A stretch of DNA of 28,061 nt from an uncultured virus (IMG/VR IMGVR_UViG_3300035698_010745) (IMGVR_UViG_3300035698_010745); one strand, 5' to 3'; shown: positions 13,410 through 22,114, counted from the first letter of the stretch. The notes: generated from the letters alone by a model not told the origin. Program-made: numbers and translations.

Positions 13410-15818
13410 ATGAGCGACCGTATTCCGATGATTCCGCCGTTTCGTGTCGTTTCCCGCGTCCAGATTCTCGCGGAAACGAAGGACTATAACCACGAGATGA
13501 TGAATATCCCGGCCATGTGGCGGGAGACTCGTGGGGAAGGCGTCAAGATTGTCATCCTTGATACCGGAGTCCCCAATCACGATGACCTGAAGCCCGTTGG
13601 CGGGAAGTCCTTTATCCCTGGCTACGAAGAGGACCATAATGGTCATGGATGTGTTTCTCCAGATACCCTTGTTCATACTAATTTTTGTGGCATCGAGACT
13701 ATTGAGAGGCTGTACTCTCGGGTGGAGACTCCTGAGCTGACATGGGAGTCCCCGGATGGAAGTACCGGAATGGTCAAAGACGTGAGGAGTATGGGAATAA
13801 AGACCTATGCGCTTGATGAAGATAGCGGCCTCGCCACCATTGCCCCGATTGAGCTTATGCACCGAACAAAAGTGTCAGGGCAAGTGTGCAGTGTCAGCCT
13901 TGAAGGGGGAGAGTCTTACAAGTTGACGCCGTGGCATGAGGTTTGCGTTCTTGTTCACCTTCATCATGACAGGTATGAAGTCAGAAGAAAGCGTGCCGAT
14001 GCATTGAAGGAGGGGGACCGGATGCTGTTTGCGAGTGGCCCGGTTGCGGGGAATCTTGTTTCGGAGCCGTATCGGGTTGAGGGGTCAAAATATCGAGAGT
14101 GTCTGAACTGTGGTCATATTCCGAATAATTTCAAGCCAAGGTCATCAAGGTGCCAATGTAAAAAATGTGGCAAGTTAAGGTGGGTGGAGAAAAGAAGGGT
14201 TCACCTTGTGACCGAAGACTGGGCATACTTGGCTGGTCTTGTCGTAACGGATGGTCATATTTCTATCAAGGGGTATCGTGTAGAGATTACTTCGGAGACT
14301 CCTGAGATTCTTAATGCCGCAATTGAGGCGGCGTCCCGTCTTGGAATAACCGGCAAGATAGATGTTCCGAGGGGAAGGTGTCCCAGAGTCTTATTTGGCT
14401 CTAAGGAAATGGTTGATGTTATGCTCTCGATGGGAATTCAAGCATTTCGGAAAACATACACGCAGACATTGCCGGAATTCGTAGGGAAATCTCCTTTTCC
14501 TGTTGTTTGCTCGTTTGTTGCCGGGACTATTGATGGGGATGGATGTATTTCTCCTAAGAACACCAAGAATCGCATCACGACGGCATCCCCCGACTTCGCT
14601 CGCCAGTTTTCCGCGCTGCTGAACAGCATTGGCGTCTCCAGTGGTGTTCAGAATTACGGGAAAGGTCGTGGCTTTAGTTCCGGCAAGAAACAGAGTGGAT
14701 TTGTGGATGTTCTGAATGTTACCTTTTCAGGAATATTGCCAGAGATAGCCTCTCGTCTGTGCCATCCCGTCAAGAGAGAGAGGGGAAGTCGGGAACTAAA
14801 CCATAGAAGAAAGGCTCGCAGGATTTCGAGTGTAGGGAGGGAGGAGTGGAGCGGAGACTTCTTCGACTTCACCGTGTCTGGACATCATACTTATCTTGGA
14901 AATGGGCATTTTGTCAGCAACACGCATTGCGGAGGCATTATTGCCGCCCTGGCCAACAACAATATGGGTGTCGCCGGGATTGCCCCGGAGTGTGAGGATT
15001 ACTATGGAGCCGTTCTGGATAGGAGTGGTTCCGGGGAAATCTCACAGATTGTTTCCGGTATTCGTTGGGCCGTGGACGTAATCGGAGCCAACGTCATCAG
15101 CATGAGTCTCGGAATCCCGGATGGTTATCCTATCAACCCATCACTCGAAGCCGCCGTAAATTACGCTCGTAGCCAAGGCATAGCCGTCATTTGTGCCGCA
15201 GGCAATGAGGCCGGAGGTGTCGGACAGCCCGCGTGTTACGACAGTGCAATTGCCGTTGCCGCCGTCAACAGCCGTCACGAGAATGCGTCATTCTCCAACA
15301 GGGGGCCGGAAATCGATTTCGCAGCGGGTGGTGTGAATGTCTACTCCACGTACCTGAATAACGGCTATGCCAAGCTGTCAGGGACGAGTATGGCATGCCC
15401 GGCATTGGCTGCCGTGGCGACGCTTATCCTTGCGGACGAGAAGAAGGACCATGACCGGTGGATGTCGCCTGACGAACTCGTTGAGAAGATGAAGCGTATT
15501 GCCTATGACGTTGGCGGGGACGGCTTCGATGAGTTGTACGGACACGGCATCCCCGTATTCCGTGCTGGAGAAGGAGAGCCGGACGAGCCGGAAACCGGCG
15601 AGCCACCACTTCCGCCGGACCCTGACCCAAAGCCCGAGAAGCCTAAGAAGTCCGCCTTCCCGTGTGGCTTGACCTGGAAGGTACTCAAAGCGTTTTCGGA
15701 TGGAGCCGATGTTGCGGCAAGGGGTGGAGCAGACCCGGATGGGGCCATTCTTGCCGGTCTGCAATCCGTCGGGGAGTACGCCGGAAAAGCTACCGAAGTC
15801 AGACAGGATGATGCCTAG
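13410..15818 (+). CDS. S8 subtilisin-like (intracellular-type) serine protease containing an intein
   Basis: ILDTG (Asp), NGHG|THCGG (His), AAGN, GTSMACP (Ser); AAGGAGG RBS; no signal peptide. Confidence 0.92.
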   Translation: MSDRIPMIPPFRVVSRVQILAETKDYNHEMMNIPAMWRETRGEGVKIVILDTGVPNHDDLKPVGGKSFIPGYEEDHNGHGCVSPDTLVHTNFCGIETIERLYSRVETPELTWESPDGSTGMVKDVRSMGIKTYALDEDSGLATIAPIELMHRTKVSGQVCSVSLEGGESYKLTPWHEVCVLVHLHHDRYEVRRKRADALKEGDRMLFASGPVAGNLVSEPYRVEGSKYRECLNCGHIPNNFKPRSSRCQCKKCGKLRWVEKRRVHLVTEDWAYLAGLVVTDGHISIKGYRVEITSETPEILNAAIEAASRLGITGKIDVPRGRCPRVLFGSKEMVDVMLSMGIQAFRKTYTQTLPEFVGKSPFPVVCSFVAGTIDGDGCISPKNTKNRITTASPDFARQFSALLNSIGVSSGVQNYGKGRGFSSGKKQSGFVDVLNVTFSGILPEIASRLCHPVKRERGSRELNHRRKARRISSVGREEWSGDFFDFTVSGHHTYLGNGHFVSNTHCGGIIAALANNNMGVAGIAPECEDYYGAVLDRSGSGEISQIVSGIRWAVDVIGANVISMSLGIPDGYPINPSLEAAVNYARSQGIAVICAAGNEAGGVGQPACYDSAIAVAAVNSRHENASFSNRGPEIDFAAGGVNVYSTYLNNGYAKLSGTSMACPALAAVATLILADEKKDHDRWMSPDELVEKMKRIAYDVGGDGFDELYGHGIPVFRAGEGEPDEPETGEPPLPPDPDPKPEKPKKSAFPCGLTWKVLKAFSDGADVAARGGADPDGAILAGLQSVGEYAGKATEVRQDDA
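13650..14921 (+). mobile_element. intein (424 aa) with LAGLIDADG homing endonuclease
   Basis: Starts CVSPDTLV; block B LTPWH; LAGLVVTDG and FVAGTIDGDG; ends FDFTV..HTYLGNGHFVSN followed by Thr+1. Confidence 0.92.
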
Positions 15819-16233
15819 GAAGAAAAAATGCCCAGTGTGTCTGGTCTTGAGGGGAGAGCAGCCTGGTAAAGGAGCCCTGTGCCGGGATTGTACTGGAAAC
15901 AAGCAGCTCCGGGATACGTGGTCTGAGTATAATCTCATTGCCATGATGGCACAGACGAACTGGATTTATCGGTTTCTGCTTCCTATCTTACTGATATGTG
16001 GACATGGGATTTTGTTCTTCAAGGATGGGGACGCGTTCAAGTACGGGACGGGTGTTGCCTGCTTTGTGGCTTGGGCGGTGTACTTTTTCAATCTGTTCTA
16101 TTTGTGGCCGAAATACGAACTTCGGTTAGCCGACATGCGGGAGAGAAAGCGAGCAGTATTTGACAAGTTGTTCGTGATAAAGGTTGCAGGGGACAGGCGG
16201 GTCAGTGGAACCTATTCGGCCCCAGCAAGGTAA
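15808..16233 (+). CDS. membrane protein with N-terminal CxxC pairs
   Basis: CPVC..CRDC; two hydrophobic helices. Confidence 0.7.
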   Translation: MMPRKKKCPVCLVLRGEQPGKGALCRDCTGNKQLRDTWSEYNLIAMMAQTNWIYRFLLPILLICGHGILFFKDGDAFKYGTGVACFVAWAVYFFNLFYLWPKYELRLADMRERKRAVFDKLFVIKVAGDRRVSGTYSAPAR

Positions 16234-16300
16234 TGAAATGATGACAACTGTTCCAGAGGAAGGAGGCGAGCCATGACCTAACAACTGAAAGGAGTTAGTC

Positions 16301-16711
16301 ATGGCACGCACATACAAGAAGTTCCCTTGGGCGTTGAACACGTATCATCGCGCACCCAAGGGGAAGCAGAGGGCATTGAGGGGTAACGCTCGTAAGGGTG
16401 CAATCCCTCCCGACGAATGGGACGATAAGAACTTCGACAAGCAGTGCTGGCTGCCACAGACAGTCAGCGACCGCTTGTTGGACAAAGGGTGGGACCCTTA
16501 CGCGGTCATCCATCATCTGGTCCACCGTTACCGGGTAACTCAGAGGGTTGCCAGGGAAGTAGTGGAGATAGGCATGTGTGGCAGGCGTAGTTGGCCCGCA
16601 GGGGTCGTTGTTGTATACAAGGAGGAGCGGAGCAAGTATGAAGATTCAATTGGAAGCAGGGGCCATTCTTATCAAAGGGCGTGGGGTGACGGTCTCGATG
16701 GCGGAGCATGA
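16301..16711 (+). CDS. basic hypothetical protein
   Basis: AAGGAG RBS; 136-aa ORF. Confidence 0.7.
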   Translation: MARTYKKFPWALNTYHRAPKGKQRALRGNARKGAIPPDEWDDKNFDKQCWLPQTVSDRLLDKGWDPYAVIHHLVHRYRVTQRVAREVVEIGMCGRRSWPAGVVVVYKEERSKYEDSIGSRGHSYQRAWGDGLDGGA

Positions 16712-16811
16712 AGGCAAGACCGAAGTGGTAGTACACGATAGGGCAAGTAGCGTCCGGCTCTTGAAGGACAAGGACGGCATCCACATTGGCAAGCGCAAGC
16801 CGGTAAAATGA
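16638..16811 (+). CDS. hypothetical protein
   Basis: GGAG RBS before MKIQLEAG. Confidence 0.6.
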   Translation: MKIQLEAGAILIKGRGVTVSMAEHEGKTEVVVHDRASSVRLLKDKDGIHIGKRKPVK

Positions 16812-16814
16812 TTT

Positions 16815-16840
16815 CAGAATCTGCCCGACCTGGCGCAATG
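16815..16840 (+). promoter_or_regulatory. CAGAAT-N14-GCAATG motif (copy 6)
   Basis: Exact motif in intergenic gap. Confidence 0.75.
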
Positions 16841-16860
16841 TAGGGTTGGGAGGGCAGATT

Positions 16861-17310
16861 ATGATTACAAGAAAAGCTGCTGCCACTGCGATTCGCAAGG
16901 CAAAGCAGGGCGAACGCAAGCCAGACCGGGACGAGATGGAGTTCCTGGCCAAGATGGTTGGCCGGAGCCAGTACAAGAAGGCTCTGGACTATTTCCAAAG
17001 CATGGACACGTTCGTGCGGGAAGGTATCCCGGATGACGTGGTTCACTTTCTTCGCGCAAAGGTTGGCGGTGGAGTGCGCGAGATTATCGGCCACATCCGG
17101 CTGAAGGATTGCAAAAAGGTCTTCAAAGAAGGCTTCCTGCCCGGCGTGGTAGCCAAAGTTCCTTTGGAGTTCCCCCAGGGGATTACGGACGACCAGTTGG
17201 CGATGGCCATGGTGCAACACAACGATGAGGTGTTGGCCAAATTCGTGGAAGTCGTGTACAGGGAGGGCGATAGTGAACTCTGCACAATCGATACGTCCCG
17301 TGGTTTCTGA
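16861..17310 (+). CDS. hypothetical protein
   Basis: GGAGG RBS. Confidence 0.75.
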   Translation: MITRKAAATAIRKAKQGERKPDRDEMEFLAKMVGRSQYKKALDYFQSMDTFVREGIPDDVVHFLRAKVGGGVREIIGHIRLKDCKKVFKEGFLPGVVAKVPLEFPQGITDDQLAMAMVQHNDEVLAKFVEVVYREGDSELCTIDTSRGF

Positions 17311-17400
17311 GTTGGGCCACGCAAGCCTGAGTTCCGGGCTAAGGGCGGCACGTCGGACTTGCAGCGCATTGGGAATTGAGTTTGTCGTCTCGGAGGAGCT

Positions 17401-17574
17401 ATGAAGCGCACCGGGAAATACGACAAGGAAATCATGTCTGCGAACACAGAGGTTTGCGTGGGGGCACTGACCTCCGAACAACTACGCGAAATCCTTATCA
17501 CGCCTGATGGCCGTGGTGAGCTGGTGAAGGAGTGGGCGCTTGATGAGTTAATCGAAAGATTGAGGAGCAGGTGA
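17401..17574 (+). CDS. hypothetical protein (57 aa)
   Basis: GGAGGAG RBS; MKRTGKYDKE... Confidence 0.6.
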   Translation: MKRTGKYDKEIMSANTEVCVGALTSEQLREILITPDGRGELVKEWALDELIERLRSR

Positions 17575-17577
17575 AAG

Positions 17578-17799
17578 ATGGCAAACAAACCGAAAAAGAA
17601 ACCGTTTGAGGTGATTGACATTGGCTTGCCGGATTGCCCGTTCTGCCATGTTGCGCCGGAGTTCGGCCTGAACAATCGCGATGGGCTTTACGAGCTGAAG
17701 CATCTGCCCGAAGGGATTTGCCCGGCCCGGATAGAGCAGCACATGGGAGCCGAACTGGAGGAGGCCACGGCTTTCGCGAAGAAGTTTTGGAGGGTGTAA
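17578..17799 (+). CDS. hypothetical protein with CPFC motif
   Basis: RBS; operon packing. Confidence 0.65.
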   Translation: MANKPKKKPFEVIDIGLPDCPFCHVAPEFGLNNRDGLYELKHLPEGICPARIEQHMGAELEEATAFAKKFWRV

Positions 17800-18087
17800 G
17801 TGGCATCGGATGAAATGGGGCGGACGATAACCTGCCACGATGTCGGCATGGGAGGCAATTGCGGGTGTGACTGCCCGGTGTACCGGGAAGGTGATTGCGA
17901 CTCTCCGCCGGAGCCCTATGTGTGGATTTGCGTTGACGATGTTGGTATGAACTTAACGAAAGAAAAGAGCTATCCGCAGGTTTGTAAGGATGCGGAGTTC
18001 CTCACCGTAATGGACGATGAGGGCATTGAGCGGGAGTTTTTCTTATCAAGGTTTGACCTTGCGGAACAGGAGGTGGCGAATGCTTGA
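17800..18087 (+). CDS. Cys-rich hypothetical protein
   Basis: GGAGG RBS; GTG start. Confidence 0.6.
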   Translation: MASDEMGRTITCHDVGMGGNCGCDCPVYREGDCDSPPEPYVWICVDDVGMNLTKEKSYPQVCKDAEFLTVMDDEGIEREFFLSRFDLAEQEVANA

Positions 18088-18322
18088 ATCGATAGGGATA
18101 GTGACAATGGTGGTTATCAACTCCATCATCTCCTGTACAATCGCGCTTCTGGCTTGGAATACGGGTTTTGGGCCGGAGGGGGGTATGCGCTTTCGTACCC
18201 GGAAGAGAGGGTATGTGTTTTCTGTACTTATGGGGGCGTTGTGGCCGATATCCCTTTCGTTTTTATGGATGAGCAAGAAAAAGGAAACCGATGCTGACCC
18301 TGACAAAACCGCAGAAGGTTGA
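18080..18322 (+). CDS. small membrane protein
   Basis: AGGAGG RBS; two hydrophobic segments. Confidence 0.65.
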   Translation: MLESIGIVTMVVINSIISCTIALLAWNTGFGPEGGMRFRTRKRGYVFSVLMGALWPISLSFLWMSKKKETDADPDKTAEG

Positions 18323-18659
18323 GGCCAGGAAGGCGTTGGATGGGCAGTCGTATGACTTCATGGTGATACGTGACGGCTGCGATGAAGAGGAGGACCTTCT
18401 GACGGACGCGGACATAGCTTTCTTGTGTGCTAACATGAAGGGGGATATCGAAATGACCCCCGAGCACTCAGCCGATGTCCGGCAACGGATGACGGATGCG
18501 GTGCCCATGACGCCAGGGCTGGACGCGAATACATTATTTGACAGGGCGCAACGTGGGGTAAAACTACCAAAAGGGTCCATTGACCCGTATAACGAGGAGA
18601 AAGTTATGGTATTAACAAGTGAACAGATTGCGAAGATTAAAAGTCGAAGCGGTTATTGA
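18291..18659 (+). CDS. hypothetical protein
   Basis: AAGGA RBS. Confidence 0.7.
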   Translation: MLTLTKPQKVEARKALDGQSYDFMVIRDGCDEEEDLLTDADIAFLCANMKGDIEMTPEHSADVRQRMTDAVPMTPGLDANTLFDRAQRGVKLPKGSIDPYNEEKVMVLTSEQIAKIKSRSGY

Positions 18660-18816
18660 CCACTTACAATGGTTTCGCCGAGGGCTCATTGAGAATGGGG
18701 CACCGGCACCGGAGACAATTACCTTCGACCAAATCAAGGCTAGTGCCGGATACAACCATTCACTGGATTCGTTCGTTGCCGGATACACCATGGCGAAAGC
18801 TGACAGCTTAAAGTGA
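18619..18816 (+). CDS. hypothetical protein
   Basis: Fills the gap; GTGA overlap with next gene. Confidence 0.5.
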   Translation: MNRLRRLKVEAVIDHLQWFRRGLIENGAPAPETITFDQIKASAGYNHSLDSFVAGYTMAKADSLK

Positions 18817-19070
18817 ACTTGCAATGGCTCGACCAGTGGGTTGTGTGGAGGCATGGACACATCTATGCCCCGAAGCCCCCAACAAGGCCGTGCAAGTGCC
18901 AATCGGTACGGATATGGGTTGTGTTCTATGCCCGGCAGTTCCTGTGGAGTGTGGACAAGTTTGTAGACGATAGGTATGGGGAACAGCGGAAAGCTGAGTG
19001 GACGGCAAGAATGAATTGCCCGGATGGTGTGATTGCCACTTGGGCCGAGGGGAGAACAAGATGCACGTGA
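18813..19070 (+). CDS. hypothetical protein
   Basis: Operon packing. Confidence 0.5.
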   Translation: MNLQWLDQWVVWRHGHIYAPKPPTRPCKCQSVRIWVVFYARQFLWSVDKFVDDRYGEQRKAEWTARMNCPDGVIATWAEGRTRCT

Positions 19071-19300
19071 TAAGTTCATCGGATGGGCGGAGTTTGCATT
19101 TCCCTATCAAGGAACTGCATAGGAAGTACGAGGAAGACAAGTTTCGGCTCCAAATGAAGTATTATGCTCTTATCCGGGCAAAGCACGGCGTATGGGCAAG
19201 TAACCAGGATAAGTTTGTCAAAAGCCGAGACCAGTTTAACGAACTTGACGGTACGGTAATGGAGGACCTTTTCGAGCATTACGAAATATGTAATCAGTGA
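19061..19300 (+). CDS. hypothetical protein
   Basis: GGAG RBS before MHVISS. Confidence 0.6.
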   Translation: MHVISSSDGRSLHFPIKELHRKYEEDKFRLQMKYYALIRAKHGVWASNQDKFVKSRDQFNELDGTVMEDLFEHYEICNQ

Positions 19301-19309
19301 CCGGCGCAC

Positions 19310-19366
19310 ACCTCGACAGCTCAATAGGGAGCAAGGCAACGGGTTCGAGACCCGTTCGGGGTACCA
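19310..19366 (+). ncRNA. tRNA-like RNA lacking the anticodon arm
   Basis: ACCTCGA/TCGGGGT acceptor + A-CCA; D arm GCTC-AATAGG-GAGC; T arm ACGGG-TTCGAGA-CCCGT; only about 6 nt between D and T arms. Confidence 0.75.
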
Positions 19367-19478
19367 GGAGGGGCGTGTCAGCGGAGACAGGGAACACTCT
19401 GGCACTTGTGAGACATGCGAGTAGGGAGCCGGGTACGTAACCGACCTGAAGGTGTGGGGTAGACCCCAAGCCCCTCCA
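19367..19478 (+). ncRNA. second tRNA-like RNA with enlarged middle domain
   Basis: GGAGGGGC/GCCCCTCC closing stem ending in CCA; internal CAGG/CCTG stem enclosing hairpins; TGGGG/CCCCA T-like hairpin. Confidence 0.5.
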
Positions 19479-19485
19479 TCATTTT

Positions 19486-19511
19486 CAGAATTCAGAGGAC
19501 TTAGTGCAATG
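19486..19511 (+). promoter_or_regulatory. CAGAAT-N14-GCAATG motif (copy 7)
   Basis: Exact motif. Confidence 0.75.
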
Positions 19512-19519
19512 AGGTGACT

Positions 19520-19996
19520 ATGAGTGATAAGCCAAAATATGTAATTCCGAGCCTGGGTGTGACCGGCAAAGAGATATGGGAAGCCTGGAAGGCGTTGCCC
19601 AATCGCCCCCAGGAAGTGATTGAAGCCACGGTTGCGGGTATGGAGCTGATTACCATCAATGCCTATGGCGAGCCGGAGATAGTTCGACATGACAAGGGCG
19701 TAGATGAGCAAGACAACTTTACGGGCTACTTATCCACAGTGCGGGAGCTGACGGTGGAGGAGCATGACGCGCTATACGAGGCAATTGCCCGTGGATGGAT
19801 TACGATTGAGTCCCGTAAGCGGTGGGGCGTTCTGGCCTGCATGGGTTACGCCGACGCCGGGCAGCTTGTGAAGGTACATCATCAGGCGACAGGGCGACCC
19901 TTGGCCGAATGGCTTAAATCGGAGGAGGGCCAGAAATGGACGGTCCGTGAGGCCCGGCGCGACAAAGAACTGGCCGAAAGATACGCATCTGCGTGA
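19520..19996 (+). CDS. hypothetical protein
   Basis: ORF directly after the motif. Confidence 0.75.
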   Translation: MSDKPKYVIPSLGVTGKEIWEAWKALPNRPQEVIEATVAGMELITINAYGEPEIVRHDKGVDEQDNFTGYLSTVRELTVEEHDALYEAIARGWITIESRKRWGVLACMGYADAGQLVKVHHQATGRPLAEWLKSEEGQKWTVREARRDKELAERYASA

Positions 19997-20003
19997 TATT
20001 CCT

Positions 20004-20029
20004 CAGAATCCTGCCGTAGTCGCGCAATG
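20004..20029 (+). promoter_or_regulatory. CAGAAT-N14-GCAATG motif (copy 8)
   Basis: Exact motif upstream of RNase Z. Confidence 0.75.
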
Positions 20030-20048
20030 AATGGGTAGGAGACGAAAT

Positions 20049-20900
20049 ATGAAGGATACGTTGAAAGTTTTGCGCGGCCATTCGTTGGCGATGTACTCGA
20101 CGTGGCTCTATCACGAGCCGACGCGGGTGTTGCTTGATTGCGGCGAAGGTGTCTCCACATCCATGCGGAACCACATTTTCGGTGTGGAGCAGATATTCCT
20201 GACGCATGGTCACTATGACCACATCGGGGGCGTGGCCGGAGTGATTTACTCCAGAGCTGCGGCTCGCGGTGACAAGGAAAAGCCGCTGACGATTCACTAC
20301 CCGAAGGGCTGCCGTCAGGTGGAAGCCTTGCGCCAGTTTGTGACCGGGTCGATTCACCACATCAAGTACGAGTTGAAGTGGGTCGAGGTGGAGCCGGGCG
20401 ACCGGGTCTGTGTTGGTAAGAAGGTGGAAGTGGAAGCCTTCAAGGTGGAGCACACCAGTGGCTTGTGTTTGGGATACAAGCTGGTCGAGAAGCGTCACCG
20501 GTTGCCGAAAGAGTTGGAAGGCCGTCCGTCGGAAGACATCAAAACAATTGCACAGGCCCAGGGCCGTGACGCGGTTCGTGAGTGGTACGACAAGGTTGTG
20601 CTGGCTTACTGCGGCGACAGTGCCCCGGTAAGGGCATCGAGCGTGGCCGGGGCAGAGGTACTCATCCACGAGGCGACCTTCTTGGACGGGAACGACCGTG
20701 TTGGCAAAGGCCACAGCACGGCGCAGGAGGCAATCGAAAACGCGGCTTATGCCGGTGCCGAGTCGTTGATACTATTCCACGTGTCGGGGCGCTATGACCG
20801 CCGAGAGGTGGCACAGCGGATTCGGGACACGGCTCGCCATGTCGGTTGGGAAAAGCCGTTGGCCGTGTTGCTTGGTCACAATCTGATAGAAATTAGATGA
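20049..20900 (+). CDS. rnz: ribonuclease Z (tRNase Z), Thermotoga (TM)-type, metallo-beta-lactamase fold
   Basis: LLDCGEG, FLTHGHYDH, GDS, HEATF, GHS and FHVSGRY motifs; short TM-type arm HRLPKELEG. Confidence 0.88.
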   Translation: MKDTLKVLRGHSLAMYSTWLYHEPTRVLLDCGEGVSTSMRNHIFGVEQIFLTHGHYDHIGGVAGVIYSRAAARGDKEKPLTIHYPKGCRQVEALRQFVTGSIHHIKYELKWVEVEPGDRVCVGKKVEVEAFKVEHTSGLCLGYKLVEKRHRLPKELEGRPSEDIKTIAQAQGRDAVREWYDKVVLAYCGDSAPVRASSVAGAEVLIHEATFLDGNDRVGKGHSTAQEAIENAAYAGAESLILFHVSGRYDRREVAQRIRDTARHVGWEKPLAVLLGHNLIEIR

Positions 20901-21124
20901 CATTGGCGAAACATAGGAACATCTCCATTGGGGGAATTGTCTATCAGTGGAAGGTGTCTGCCAACCGGAAGCTTCACTTGGTAGTGTTCGACCCGGCAAC
21001 CAAGCGGAAGCTGGTGGTCTACTTTGATGAGCCGTCTGTTGTTCTCACCCCGAAATCCGTTCGTGAGTTCATTCTTGAGGCCGAGGCCCAGGGCTGGACC
21101 GGCACGATTCGTTGGGACAGGTAG
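20897..21124 (+). CDS. hypothetical protein
   Basis: ATGA overlap; ends LTPKSVREFILEAEAQGW. Confidence 0.7.
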   Translation: MTLAKHRNISIGGIVYQWKVSANRKLHLVVFDPATKRKLVVYFDEPSVVLTPKSVREFILEAEAQGWTGTIRWDR

Positions 21125-21386
21125 TGACAACGGCAAGCAGATTTGAGGTGGGCGACATTCAGGTCTCACCAGCAGGCACAAGCATCTTGCGGGAATGCAC
21201 AACTGGGTCTATATGTTCACTGGATACAGCCGAGGTGGACGTGCTCTACTCCATTCCGGTAAACCCCGCAAAAAAGAAGTGGATTTCGTCACACCTCCCG
21301 GTGTATAGTCTCTATGGATTCAAGGCCGTAGAAAGTCTTCACTCCATCGTCAGGCTGTTTTTTGTGGTGCCCGGAAGAGATTTTTT

Positions 21387-21412
21387 CAGATTCCGGGCAT
21401 GGTCGGGCAATG
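21387..21412 (+). promoter_or_regulatory. CAGATT-N14-GCAATG motif variant (copy 9)
   Basis: One mismatch; upstream of the release-factor RBS. Confidence 0.65.
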
Positions 21413-21432
21413 GGAGAAGAAGGAGGTACACC

Positions 21433-22114
21433 ATGAAGGATGAAGTCATAGTTGAAATCAGGGCCGCTGAAGGCGGAGCTGATGCGAAACTCTTAGTGCG
21501 CGACCAGCATAGTATTTACTGTGCTTTTGCGAGCCGAGAGCGGCTTTGACCTAGCCCTTCTGGAAGAAAGAGACGGTTACATTTCCTTCTGGGCTCGGGG
21601 TAACGGGGCTCGGAAGCGATTCCTCCCCGAATGCGGTGGCCATAGGTGGCAGCGTGTTCCCCCTACCGAGAAGCGTGGCAGGTATCAAACCTCCACGATA
21701 ACTGTAGCCGTGGTCGGTGAAGTGGGCATCAGTGTGTCCATCCGGCCCGAGGATTTGGAGTGGAGGTTCTGCCGGGGCCGAGGCAAGGGTGGACAGAACC
21801 GAAACAAACTGGATACGGCGGTGCATTTGACGCATAGGCCGACCGGAATCCGGGTGTGGTGCGAAGATGAGCGCAAGCAGTCGCAGAATAAGCGCAAGGC
21901 GCTACAGCGATTGACGGAGGAGGTTGAGAAGCGGAGCCGGGAGCAAGCCGGAGCCAAGCAGAATAAGGAGCGCAGGCAACAGATAGGTTCAGGGATGAGG
22001 GGTGACAAGATTCGCACTATCCGGGTCCGGGATGATACCGTGACGAACCATTTGAACGGTAGAAAAATACGGTATACGGACTATGTGAAGGGCATCTTCA
22101 AAGGGCTACAATGA
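21433..22114 (+). CDS. class I peptide chain release factor-like protein (domain 1 absent), made via +1 programmed frameshift (about 226 aa)
   Basis: Frame 0 (21433-21546) VEIRAAEGGADAKL; CTT-TGA-C at 21544-21550; +1 frame has ECGGHRWQRVPPTE...TST, GKGGQNRNK and R.DKIRT. Confidence 0.88.

Noticed and set aside
21544..21550. Release factor pseudogene or sequencing error
   Set aside because: The break falls exactly on the canonical CTT-TGA-C shift site and both parts keep intact motifs
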